A stretch of 55,096 bases of DNA, filler included, from Sphacelaria rigidula (Eukaryota): NCBI GenBank assembly GCA_964200075.2. It is 4 parts of 4 records of this genome, joined end to end, with 100 filler letters (N's around TTAATTAATTAA, not from the genome) between each part and the next. Parts side by side here need not be neighbours in the genome. Positions count along the whole stretch, not along the records: positions 1 to 13,701 come from CAXNAA020002712.1; 3 more parts are not named here. One strand, written 5' to 3'. Below, piece by piece: positions 1 to 12,600 of this stretch (within the stretch, counting starts at the first letter, position 1; every line of letters begins with the position of its first letter). Below the pieces are notes generated by a model, which made no database searches, had not been told where the DNA came from, and was given only the letters and a program-made list of their open reading frames with translations. The position numbers and the translations under genes are program-made.

Positions 1-8
1 AGACGCCA

Positions 9-1820
9 CACACGTGGCCATTCGGCTACCCCCTTCTTAAAATCCTCTATCGCGATTTCCATCCTCCCGAGGGTAAAGTGACCTTCGGGAGGATTACAAT
101 ACCCCCTAGAGGGCATATCATACTCGGTTCCGGTCATTAAACGAATCCTCTGGAGGGCATCTGATGCTTCAGTGACTTCTGAGGTCTGAGTCCCTCCAGA
201 GTACCAAATATATAAGTCTCTGGAGCACGTGGTTTTCGTGAACGTCCCTTAGAGGGAAATATGAACAGCAGAGGGAAATATGAGCATCATTGCTCTGGCG
301 GAGGGACCGACTATGGCCTCTAAGGCATTTGCTGCGACTCCAGAGGACAAAGCCGTGCAGTATCCTCCAGCGTGTACATTTACAGTTGTGCACTTGTGTC
401 AAAACTGCTTCCAGGGGACCTTTCGGACCATCACGCCAAATATATATATATATATATGTATCACCCGCCGTTCACAGATTAAATTACCAACCTGACTACA
501 CTTATTCCCAGGTATAATACCACCACAATAATCCTGCAGCAAAGAGCACGAGTTGGGCACAGGGATATAGATTCACACTGCAGTAGTTGAGCATGATGAA
601 TGTCTTGTTGGTGGAAGTTTCAACTTGAGCAGCGGGGTATGGTGCGGGCAACCACCGGCGGTTTACTGCGTACACACCCATGAACAGTGCAGGCAGACAA
701 AGCTGCGCACACCGTTCAAGTTTTTTTCACGTCGCACTGTGAGCAGAAAACATAGATTGTCCTTCGCTGTCTGTACTGTACTTTGTCTGCTTCCCTTTCA
801 CGCCCTACTGACTGCAGCGGTGAGTGAGCACGCTGCAAGAACGGGCATCGTGATGTATACTCAGTAGCTGACGGTATATAACACATCCGCTTTGTTTAGC
901 CATACGTGGCGTATATGCCGCGCGAACTCTGCAGTATATTGCACAGCACGTATATATAAGCACGATATGGTGCTGTCTTGCACGGTACTGTACTGTTCAG
1001 TACAGCATCAAATCATGCTTATTGTTGTGATGGTCATATCGCCATCAACGTACAGACCGCGATCATAATTTTTCGCGTGTTCACTTGAAATAATGCTTTA
1101 CTTTGGTGTTCGAATGGTAAACACAGGACTGCGGGGTTTTTAAGCTTGAATGTTCACGTGAATGAGGTCCATACAGTTCGTACATCATAACCACAAGCTA
1201 AAGCTACGTAGCATGGCTGTGTTTACATACATTCGCAATCGGTGTATGGGATTTGAAAACAGTCGAGGCTGTTGAAGACTTCGATCAGTTTGCCCAAGAT
1301 ATGAAATGGGGGCAAGAGGATGAGTTCTCAACGACTTCTGCTGTCTCTCGACTCTCATCCACCGATACCGTGCCGTATCTGGGACTTGAACAGCGAAAGC
1401 TGCTCGCAAATAAGAGCATTTGTTTTGCCCAATTCCAGGTATTGGTGGGCAAAATGAGGGTTTATTTCGAACAGTTTCTGGTGTACAAATCCAATTTGCG
1501 AGTGTATATGGGGTTTGCACAGCCTCTGCTGTTCGAAACAAATGCTTTCGGCCTGATTCCAATAATTTGGAATCATCCAATAATTTGGAATCAGGACCTG
1601 TTTCGGACAGCTGTGAAAATTCCAGATTTCCATAGCACTTGTGCCTCCAAAAACAATGCAGGGAATTTTAATATCGACACAGACCTTCGAGGGCCCCAAC
1701 ATTGAAAATCCTCTAGAGGATTAAGAATACCCAAGATCCTCTAGGGGGGAATTTTAAACGGACGGAACCGAGGATGACGTTTGAAAATTCCTTCACGAGG
1801 TAGCTGAATGGCCGCGTGTC
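9..1820 (+). mobile_element. Non-autonomous TIR DNA transposon, CACAC-terminal (CMC/EnSpm-like), about 1.8 kb
   Basis: Left TIR CACACGTGGCCATTCGGCTACC (9-30); right TIR GGTAGCTGAATGGCCGCGTGTC (1799-1820, last base mismatched); CA on both flanks (7-8, 1821-1822); repeated subterminal CCTCYRGAGG-type palindromes; homologous inverted copy at 27603-29146 and a short derivative at 34305-34657. No transposase ORF. Confidence 0.8.
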
Positions 1821-2907
1821 CAGACACGACATTCTTGACCAGCCTAATTGGTCGTTCTGGAGGCCCGGTCTCGAAAGGATTATAACCCTTTTGGGACTGG
1901 TCAGGAATGACGTGTTTGGCGTCTGCACGAAACAGACAGTGGCGTGTGACAATCCGCGTATGTAACCGCAGCGTTATGACGAAAACCGAAAGTTTCATCC
2001 AATTCAATTTAGACTCAGCTGCAGGGTGCGCATCAGGTGGTGTACATCTGATGTAGCAAGCAGTATGGGTCGCCGTAGAGAGCTTTCAACAGGATACGGC
2101 GACCGGCGGGCCGCCCGCCACTTGTGCCTTTGGATGGTATTTTTATTCCCATCACCTTGCCACACAGCCCTTTGTGGTCGGGGTGGGCCGCCATTTCCCT
2201 CTTTGTTGCATGCGGCAATTTTGTTTCGAAGGGTTTATCAGCTTTGCGGCGCGCATACATACAGTATAGTTAGTACACACACAATACAGTACAAGTACAG
2301 TGCAGTTTGCCTCCCCGACTGCAGCAGCAGCTGCCATTGCATACTCCCTTGCACTTTCTGGGCAATTCTCAGCCACCGAGATCAACTGCCTATATACTCC
2401 GTACATGTTAACTGAACACTGCAAGTCATCGGCAGAGGGATAAGCAGAATTCATGACGGTACAGTAGCTCCTCTTGTCTTTCCACGGCCCGCCTGGGTGT
2501 AGTGCCTCCTGATAATGACCACGTTGTAGCATGTACACTCCTTCCCGGTTTTTTCCGGTCCACCCTGTGTGAGTATAATTTTCTACGTTTCAGTGTAGAA
2601 TGGGGCCCAAATCACACTCCGGCAAAACTCGGGAACACTATACTTAGTGCGAGTAATATCATAAATACAAGCTGCGACCACCCTGCACTTGGAAACCTGG
2701 GGAGCCTTATCTTGGCCAGGGATAGGGCCCCCACACGATCTTTACGGTGACATCACACTCGATAACAATCCCCGCGCTGGTCGTTCGGGTCTTGTCGATA
2801 AACTTCGCCTCGCCGTGATTGGGCAGGTCGCTCGGAGACGTGTTTTTTATTATTTCACTAACACAGGGTCAACCCTGTGTCAGTGGGGGTCCGGTCCGAA
2901 AAGGGAT

Positions 2908-3780
2908 AATTTGACAATGAGAATACACGAAAAACACATGTCACCGCACTCCATTAAACACAGTCTTCCTCTCGAGGTAGAGCTTGGACGCCTCGAGTTG
3001 TGTTCCGATCTAGCACGCCTGTCAATCGTCTCAACTGCACTTCCCCCCCCTGTCTCTGCACTGCTGCTGCTACGCTGCTACTACTTTACGGTATTACTGC
3101 CAGTTCGTTCATCACGACTGGACAGATGCAGCGCAGTAGTCATTTATTTTTCGAATTTAGTCAGCATCATCTCAATGGGTGCTGACGCTCCCTTTATGTG
3201 TGTGTGCTGTACCCGTTGGTTTGATTGCTTGATTCATTGCCGCACTCTAACTGACCCCCCAAGGACCCAGCCGTGGTCACATGATGAATGTACCCAAGGA
3301 AAAAACAAAACTGAAACACTCGCTGAAGGAAAAGAAGGAACAGAAAAGGTCGAACAGAACGACATAGTAGAGTAAGACGTGAAAAGAAGAAGAGAAAAAA
3401 AAAAACATGTCTGGCACAACCATTGTTTCTTTTCGAATTCTGAACAGAGTCGTCCAAAGACGCGCACTGTGTGTCAAGCTGATGAGCGTCTACGGGTGGA
3501 GCTACTCGAAAATCGAATTGGCATCATGTTCATTTGACAATCAGAAGACACGAGAAAAACCGCGCCGCCTCTCTCCACTAAACACAGTCTTCCTCTTGAG
3601 GCGGGGCTTGAACAACTCGAGCGTGTATTGATCTTACATGCACATCCTATTGTCTCAACTGTACGTCCTTTCTGCCTGACACTGTGCTGCTTCTGCCACT
3701 GCTGCTACTACTTTACGGTATAAATGCTAGTTTCTATCACCATGACCAGCCGGATACAGCGATTACTATTATTATTTTCT
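2908..3780 (+). repeat. Diverged direct duplication of an about 245-bp unit (about 2908-3150 and about 3533-3780)
   Basis: Shared blocks TTTGACAAT, TAAACACAGTCTTCCTCT, GTCTCAACTG and GCTGCTACTACTTTACGGTAT in the same order; the adjacent 3220-3280 segment recurs inverted at about 26250-26320. Confidence 0.75.
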
Positions 3781-4904
3781 CTGCACATGAGCCTGATCTC
3801 TCGAACCCGTGGTCACAGACGTGGGCCCGTCTTTCCGATGCTCTTTTTTACAAGAGATAGAGTTTTCATCGTTGCTTCTGAGAGTCTAGAATAACACAAA
3901 TCAAAACAAACGAACGAAACAAGGCCAAACAAAAAGGAGGAGAGAGACGTAAAGAAATCAATAGAGAAATAACTTTCGCTGAGTTCATCGGGGTGACGCA
4001 AAGACAAACCCTTCCGCAGTGTTCACGTATTTTTCGAATTTCAATCGGTATAAATTTGACAGGTGCTGATCCTTCGTGTGTGTGCCGTACGCGCATCTCA
4101 CACAAATCATTGATTCTCATCGATTTCTGAACAGGTTGTGCAAGGCCACGAATAACGTGCTCATCTCATGATCGGCTCTGGCCGTTTCTTCAAAATATGA
4201 CATGTGCCATTACGCAACGTACATAACTCATCACCGGTGCCCATGTATCTTGGATGTCGACCCACGAAGCGTGGCGGCGACGAATCGCCGGAGCCCTTGC
4301 ATATATATATATATATATATTATGTGTGTGTATACATATTGTGCTGCTTATACTCTGATTTCGCCCTGTCTAGTTCCACAATATGGTGAGGTGATATGTC
4401 TGTACAATACTGTAGTTTCAGTAGAGCGTGGTGTCTGATACGTTACTTGTGAACTGAAGAAAAAACTCCACAACTAGAGATGCACTTGATCTTGTGAACA
4501 GGCAATAAGTTACCCTGCGTACAAACTGGTGCGAAGTATACTTGCATATTGAGGTTCTTGTACTTATGTCCAGTCTAGTCCTGTCCCGTCACTGTTTGTT
4601 GTCAAGGTTCGCATCCTCGAAATAATCTCGGAATTCTCACGATCGCTACCCAGGCTCTTCATGGTCCCTGACATCTTGAAACTACTGGCACAATGTACGG
4701 TGGCATCCAATTAGGATGGTACCGCGCGCATACTTGCATTGGGACGGCGAACACCCCAGTTTTGTGCTTGCCCCATCCAACGCTTGTTTCTCGTTTTCGC
4801 CTTATTTTGGACATTCTAGATTGCGCGACGCAATCCCACCTGCCGATGAGTCGGCTAGGTCCGACAGCACTCGCTGTGGCAAGGAATCCTTCCTGCATTC
4901 GTAC

Positions 4905-5275
4905 ATCGGTCACCCCGGTCGCTCAGCGGGTAACCTCGAAATCCTCTGGTGGTTGGGTCGTGCCTTCGAATCGCGGTGAGGTCACACGATCTTGGATTTG
5001 TTTCTCGCACCATGCCCAACAGTGGAAGGCGATTATGTCGTGGGCACTCAAAAAAATCGACTCCACGGTCGACGAGGGAAAGGGACCGCTGAGCCCCTCT
5101 CGCGAAATGGAATAAGACGAGCACCGCAAAAGGAGGGTGAGGTACTCAACCAAGGAAAAATAAAATCGTGTGTTGGCCTTCCTACAGTGAGACCCCGGCT
5201 GATGCGTCCACATGTAACGTAAGACGTGGACTGGCGTCCAGAAAAAAGATCGGATGACAATACACAACCCACACA
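4905..5275 (+). mobile_element. tRNA-derived SINE family 1, near full-length diverged copy
   Basis: Degenerate A box (GTCGCTCAGCGGG) and B box (CCTTCGAATC), family body GACGAGGGAAAGGGACCGCTG, tail CCCCGGCTGATGCG...GGCGTCCAGAA ending in a CA-rich tract. Confidence 0.85.
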
Positions 5276-6681
5276 TTCGCAGCAAGAAACTGAGCTGTGC
5301 TGTGCAAATATGTGCAAGCATAGGCACGCTCGGGGCAGCACTTTTCCTCAGTAAGTTACAATACATGTACCATCCATTCACAACGAAGTACGCCGTCAGA
5401 GTCAACCTGTACTTGTTAGAGTATACATGAATAGATTGCCCTGTGCCCAGGGCGCTTCCAATTTCAATTTATTTCGGTGTTTGTGACGTTGCGGTCTTGG
5501 ACTGCGCCGGTTTGCGGTGAAACCGGACTGGTATCGGCTGGACCCTTGGTAAAAGTGGCTCCAAAATGAAGGTCTGCCCCACGCACCCCGGGTATGGTGA
5601 TGTGTCGTTGCACGGAAGCGTAAAGTTGTATCAAAGCATAAATCGTGTCCGTGTTATCACCGTCGCCCCACATTCGCAAGGGTCCGCAGCAAGCCGGCGC
5701 TGATACGCGAGCGGGGTCCCGGCAAATTCCCGCTAGGTCGTCCCGCACTAGTCCCAGCCACTACCAAGCCTATTATCAAGTACACGTACAGGACTTGCTT
5801 CCTGGTATGCCATAGACCATAAGTTGCAAACTGCTGTTTCTCGAGCAGACAGGAGTCAGCGTCAAGCGCCAAGCAGCTGCACGCTGGGCCAGGGGACGCC
5901 ATATGGGGAAATGACGGCACCACCGCCCCTCAGGTCGCGAGTGATGCTGCGGTAGGGGTGCACAAATACTTTCTTAGGTTAGAATATAATTGGAGACATA
6001 AGAAATAGAATTGGAGCACTCTATCTCACCCAAAACACGACTTGTGAAACATGTGACAGAACGCCAGCATTCCTCCTCCAATGTGCTACAATAGGATATT
6101 TCGAATGAACTTGCAAACGGGGATGCCCTGACCCATAGTCCCGTGCACGTAAAATCGTTAGGAGCCCCTGAACTAGACAAGAATTTGCGCCAAAGGTGCA
6201 CCTCTACCGTAGCATTGCTCTCGCCCAAATCTCATTCTGGGGCCGTAGGAGGGGAGGGGGGGGGGACCTCCGGGTACCCTGTTTGAGGAGGGGGGATACC
6301 CCCTGATCGATGGATAATGGCGATGGCAGTTACTGTGTGTGCGCGCATCGGTCTTCGAGTGCATATCTGTATACGGTACATGAAATATACTGTTTGCTGC
6401 TGTGTTCGACACCACGTACGAACCGCAGCGTGACGCGTTAGGCGGTACTACCTACTCACTGCACAGCGCGACAGGGTGCAGGGCGACAAAGCACACCACA
6501 GGACGTCACACCCTTAGCCTATTTCTGTCCTGCCTTGATTTCACGCTGTCCTATGCAGTTCGCCACATCATGAACGCAGCCGCTTGTATCTGCGGCCAAC
6601 GTGTACGCAGGATATCACCCCTCGCTACGCGCTATATCGCTACGGGACAGTTTGTAAAGCTGTCCGTGTTGCAGCTACAGC

Positions 6682-6691
6682 NNNNNNNNNN
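6682..6691. other. Intra-scaffold gap (10 N)
   Basis: Run of N. Confidence 0.99.
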
Positions 6692-6771
6692 GCACGCAGG
6701 AGTGAAAGGCCGCCTTCGCCGCTGTAATGGCTGCCTGTATCTCGGCGCGAAGCTGTATGGTAACACAGCCG

Positions 6772-6848
6772 CGGCTGGTGCGCCCACATATACCGAAAGG
6801 TGGAGACCGGCGTCCAGAATAGATGGGGTGACGACACACACAACACAC
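6772..6848 (+). mobile_element. SINE family 1-type 3' tail with a non-SINE upstream sequence
   Basis: CGGCTGGTGCGCCCACATATACCGAAAGGTGGAGACCGGCGTCCAGAATAGATGGGGTGACGACACACAC matches the family 3' end. Confidence 0.8.
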
Positions 6849-6910
6849 TGTGCACAGTGCACGTTTAAGATCGTGTTCGTACTGACTGTAGAAATCTTTG
6901 TCAACGGTTT

Positions 6911-6993
6911 GGTACATTTCCACATATAATGATGAGTCTGGTACATCTCCACTTATTATGCAGGGTCTGGTACATTTTCACATGTAAATGCAT
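6911..6993 (+). repeat. 29-bp tandem minisatellite, about 3 copies
   Basis: GGTACAT starts at 6911, 6940 and 6969 with similar following sequence. Confidence 0.85.
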
Positions 6994-9649
6994 ATAATGT
7001 TAATCAGTGAGATCGTGGAAAACCTTCGCAACATCTGGGCGAACTGCAGGTGAGACAATCGTCGAAATATTCACCTGCAAACCCTGCTTCAGTGCACTGA
7101 AAGTTGATATCGCTAGAAGGACACTACCATAACCACCTTGCCGGCTGTCAGACTGTCAGGGCGTAGGATCCGCTAGGATTGCTACTGTCTGTACGGGGAT
7201 GCAGCCCCCTTGGCGGGTACGTGGGGAAGGATCCGTGGCAGACGGCAGTGGCCGCCTCAAGCAGCTGCACGCTGGGCGTTCTCACTCAGGACTTCGATTT
7301 GGAGGATGATACCTGGTAGGCAGCAGCACGTGCTGTGTGTCTAGTTGCCCCTTGGAGCAGGATGCGTTTGGTTTCTGTTCGACAAAGGTTTCCCCAGAAA
7401 ACCGAAATCATTAGGGGTTTTACATTGGAAACATCTAGCAAAAAACAGTCGCAAAAATCACGTCGCAAAAATCAAGTCGCAAAAGACCCAATAGTCCAAT
7501 TTTCACCCGGAGCAGAAACCAAATTCACTTCGTGAAGTTGGAATAATGGCTGTGACCATACCGCGCTCTTTCCAAACAATTCCTTCACAGCATACTGAAA
7601 TGCAACCGAACGAAACATGACCCGAAAGCTTGTGGCGGAGACGCAGAACGGGGCAAACGCGAGATTGAGAAACCAAGACAACACAGAGATCGATTGATCA
7701 AGGTCCATACGGACTTCAGGGACTCTCGGGCTCAACGATAGACGCTTTTAAAACAAATGATGCACTCATTGGGCGGTACTATGATATAATTTGATGTCAT
7801 TCGATACGCAGTCCTACGGCCTTCGTGCGCTTTGTTGATACGTTCCTCAAGCGACTCTCGAAAAACTCACAAATTTGCATCCAACAGTATCGCTTCGATG
7901 ACAAGCAACGCATTGCTGCATACGAAACGTGCCTGCGGCTGATTTATGTCTCACCTGCACTGTAATCTACTGCGGTGTTCTTGGCAAAAGTCACGTGGCC
8001 ATCGATGATGATGTCGCCGCGAATCACGATGACAGCACCTGTGACGAGGAAACGGACACACAGCTTTAATAAGCACCTTGGTACCCGACTGTTACACGTC
8101 TGCAACACATACACCAGTTGGAATGCGCCGCGTTATATGGGGTGGATACTACACGGTGACAGTCCTCGCCTCTCGATTCTCTTGCCTCCACACCCATTTT
8201 GTCTTGGCGACGGATGGCCGAAACAAAAAGGAAGGGTTGCAAGTGTTGCGACACTGACGAAACGGTGGATAGTTCGGAGCCCCGCGAAAGATTGGGTCGG
8301 AAACAACGGTGTCGTTTCATCCACCGATGGCACTGCAAGTCTCTATTGAGCCTCATTCAAACGGGGAGCACCAAGGCGTTTTCATCGTAGTGTCGTTTGC
8401 GGTGTGGCGCACAGTAGTGCTTTATTCGATCACACACGTGGGTTGCTACGACTATTATTAGTTAGGTCCGCTGGGAAAAGGTTACGCTCAGGGTGAGGGT
8501 TAGGGATGCTGCGGGTATGTTCAGTAGGGTATGTTCAGTAGGGTCCGCATTCTTTCCGTGAAACAAGTACCGAGATATGCGGAGCTCTGTAGTCCCCTTT
8601 TTTCCCCATCGCGACAATGGATCGTTGGGCCGTCTTCATTACGATAGGCTCTCTTCGGAGCACTGGGGGTCACAACCTACAGTAGTCGCTGATGTATATA
8701 TTTCGTCATACGGTTGAGAAATGGCACATTCCTGATGATTGGCGATGGCGATGTGCGCATCCCATAGCAGGCTAGCAGTGGCAAAAATCCCCTTCCTTAC
8801 CGGAGGTGCGAGTGGAACGCTGTATAACCTTCTCAGAAGGAGCTGTTGTGGTAAGGCAATGAAATAGCATCCACCGAGGCACCCCCACACATCTCCACGT
8901 CATCAAGCCTTTCAATGTGGCATACAAACGTTCAGGCGATAGGAAATCGCGTTCGTAACAAGATACGTCATGATTCACAGCTTTCTCCTGAAAGCAGCAT
9001 CAAGCATCGCGTGGAGGAGCAAGGAAGGGGGTTTCAACCTTCGGAAACGTTTTCCCGGCTCTTCCCCCTTCGGGTACAATCCCGCATCCAAACAAGCTGG
9101 CAGAGATATCGCATCGACGAGAGGTGAGGGCCAAACACGTCGAGTGTACAGTATCTCTGTGGTACAGGTTGGCTGCGGTCCAAGAATGTGGGAATCTCCG
9201 CTATTCTTCGTGCAATCTCCCACAGAACACTGCAATTCAGGTGTTTATCGCAAGTCACGACCTCCTGCACTCTTACGTTTGGGCTAGACGGGAAAAACTA
9301 TCATTGGAGTCAACACACGAGACTTCGATGCTTGACACGGCGAGATATGAGATTGATGGATGTGCACTGTCGAAGCGGCGTCTTCCACATCTCTACTGTT
9401 GAAAATACACAGAAATGCCTTCCCAGATTGTCCATGGCCCAACGCCCCCCCCCCCTCAGCTATTTATTCCTGGGTTGGCGTCGATTGACAACGGCTCTGT
9501 TAAACAAGCCACCAGAACGTCCAACTAAATGTACAGACTGTCACCATACATGTACTAGATACCGTCACTACACTTAATAACGTCCCCAGACCAACAGATA
9601 GACTAGCCATGCGACCACCCAAAATCACCAATAATGTCTTCCAATAGTA

Positions 9650-12600
9650 AACCACGAACTGGACATGGACATGAAGTAGCGAAAGATACAAGCAGATACG
9701 GAGAGATCACACTTGCGAGCCACGCTAAAACAGTGCGCGAGCAAGAAGTGGGAGATGATAGAGACAAAAAAGGTGTCGGCATTGGTTATAAGAGTAGGAT
9801 GGAGAGTATGCATAGTCAATAGACAGCAACCGAGGACGTTGGCCGCGAGTAAGCGGAGGTAGGGAGAAAGCAGGAACATGTAAACGCCTGGAAGGGAAAG
9901 GGGAGGGAAAATAGCGGCCCACGAAGAAACACGAAGTCCAAATCGGGACGGGAAGAGAAATCAAGCGAGGGGAAAAAGAAATAGAAAGGACGGACAAAGA
10001 ACAACAGACAAAGCGAGAATGGATGATGATTCGAAAAGGAATTCAAGAAACGAATCGTGGAACGTGTGTGATCCGTCACGGGCAGGCTCAAAGTAATGGA
10101 GATAGCCGATCACGTAAGTAACCGCGACCTAGATAAAGTGGGAACTCAAGAGGCATGTGAGAAGGAGGGGGCGTAAGTAGGATGCAAAGAGGAAGAGTAC
10201 GCACGGATAGGAATAAAGCGGAAGGGACAAGACCCCAAGAACAGGAGAGCGGGCAGAGCAGGATTTTTGGTCAAGGAGTACCTGTGTGACATCATAGAAG
10301 TGATAAAGCAACACAAATTTCGACGAGATCATATGAATAAGGAGGGCTGGGAACGAAAGACTTTTCCGTAGCGAACATCTATGTGCCCCAAAATCAAAGA
10401 GTACGGCAAACGATACACAAAGAAGGTTCGGAGAGAGTGCAGCAGATGCAAAGAAGTGTAAAAAGTAACGAGCAGTAATGTTGGAGGGAGAATTTAATGC
10501 AAGGGTTGGAAAAGCAAGTCATCCGGATGATATCATCGGATGATAAGGGGGAAGGAGAAGGATGCGATCAGGTTAGAGATGGTGAGGTGCCTCGAGCACA
10601 ACGAGAGGACGCTGAAAGATAAGAACATAAAAGCAAAAGACGCGAAGGGGATGGATTAAACAATGCACTGGAAAAAAGACAGGACGCTCCAGTCTTGACT
10701 ATATAGCACTGAGTGGTGGAATATAGAACTAGTAAGGAAATGGAATTTGTTTTTGTACAGAGGACGTGGGGACTACGAACTATTGCACAATATGGACAGA
10801 CAGCAATCAGACGAGGGACAAGAAATATAGACGGGATGGAAAGTTGTACGAATGGAGCATAGATAAACTAGAAATTGACGAAAAACGTCAAGACTTTCAA
10901 GAAGAGATGATCATAAATGCGGTGAACTTGTAAAGTGGTTGGGAAACGTAGGTACAGCTAATACCAAAATGGAAAGGAATCGAGCAGGAGAGGAGTTCGT
11001 ACAAGGACGGGAGCCGTTGGTTGAGATCACAACGAAGCAAGGTAATAGGAAAGAAACGGATCATATGCAACAAAGCAATGAAATCGTGGGGTGGAGAAGT
11101 CAAAGCGGTTATAGGAGTAATGAGAGAGATCCACGAAAGATATATATCGAGTGAAACTTCGGTAGGAAGGGAGGGGTATGCTAAAGCTCGGAAGGGATCA
11201 AGAATATCGCACAGATTCAAAAGACGCGAATATGGGAACATGTGTTGAATCAAACAAGTGCGAGTTTCGACGGCGGGATGAAACAAATATGGATAAGGAT
11301 AAAAAGGGTTATGGGAATCCAGGCAGGGAAGATGGACAAGGGGATAATCACACTGTGGGCCGAGGGCGGGAAAATGGTTACTAGTTCGAAGGGGAAGAGA
11401 GGAGTACTAGTAGAACACGACCAAAAGCTAGAGACTCCAACAATGAACAAGCGGTTCGACGCGGAGGTCGAGATAAAAAGCAACGTGTGGGCAGAGGCAG
11501 ATGTGGAGGCATAAAAACGGGAAGGTGGTGCCTCCTAAGTATAGCAGAGAGAGTCCACAATAGAGGGGGTAGAGGAGAGTGTAGCTAAACTCAAGAACAG
11601 AAAGCTAGCAGGGGTAGACGAGATAGCGAAACAATTTTTGAAGCACAGGAGAGATGGAATGTTTACCATGATGGTTGCGCTGTATAATCGGATATCGGAG
11701 AATGATCATACATCCAGGGGATGGAGAGAAAGAGTAGTAATGAACATTTTCAAGGAAGGAGACAAGGCTGACCCAGGTAATTTTAAAAGAATAACACTAC
11801 TGAGCACGGTAGGGAAAATATGCTGTAATATTCCGAACAATAGAGTGGGAACAATGCTACAGAATGGAGTGGGAACGATGCTAGAGAAAGAAACAAACCT
11901 CACGTGGGTGCAAGCAGATTTTACACCAAGCCGCAGTTGCGTAGACGACGTGTACACATTAGGTGATCTTATCGAAACAGTCGCCGGGCTAACAACGTAC
12001 TACTTCTTCCTAGTGTACAGAAGGTCTGTGACAGTATGGAGACATTGGCTACGGAGAGAGTTGTGGGAAACTGAGATCAGACGAAACATGTGGAGAAGGA
12101 TAATAAAGATGACAGAAGGTGCGAGAGTGCTGTGATGCTAGACGAGGAAATATCGAAACTTCATGTATTTCAAAGACTTGCACCAGGATAGGATGCACGT
12201 TATTACCCACTTTATTCAAAGTGTTTGTTAATGACCTGATTATAGCAATAGAAACAGCAAAGCAAGGAGTCAAGGTGGTGGGAGATACGGTATCAGGATT
12301 GATGTTCGCGGATGGAATGGGGATATCAGAAATACCACGAGAATTGCAGGAGCAAATCGAGAAGGCGTTAGAATACACTAGCAAATGGAAAGTGACAGCG
12401 AATGTAAACAACTGCGCCGTACTTGTATAAAACGAAGATGAAGACTCCGGTAACGTTTAAATGGAAGCGAGTAGAAGAGTGACGTTTTTACAAAACCTTC
12501 TTCTTGGGATGCACATACAAAAATTGAATAGGAAAGAGAAAGGCACAGATGGACGAGATGGACATGATCCTTAAGAGATTCGCATCTGCATACCAGGATT

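Noticed and set aside
1253..1705. 150-aa ORF inside the CACAC element
   Set aside because: Non-ATG start, the frame is not preserved in the second copy, it includes an 18-bp palindromic duplication (PIIWNHPIIWNQ), and no domain is recognisable.
2689..3375. Longest ORF in the track (228 aa)
   Set aside because: Non-ATG start, runs through a diverged non-coding repeat whose duplicate is not open, and has no protein-like motif.
6911..6993. CRISPR-like periodicity (29-bp units; also the 82-bp units at 54877-55080)
   Set aside because: Whole units are similar with no unique spacers, there are no cas genes, and the context is eukaryotic.
5871..7277. Shared AAGCAGCTGCACGCTGGGC at about 5871 and about 7259
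   Set aside because: Too short to define an element; flanks could not be aligned convincingly by eye.
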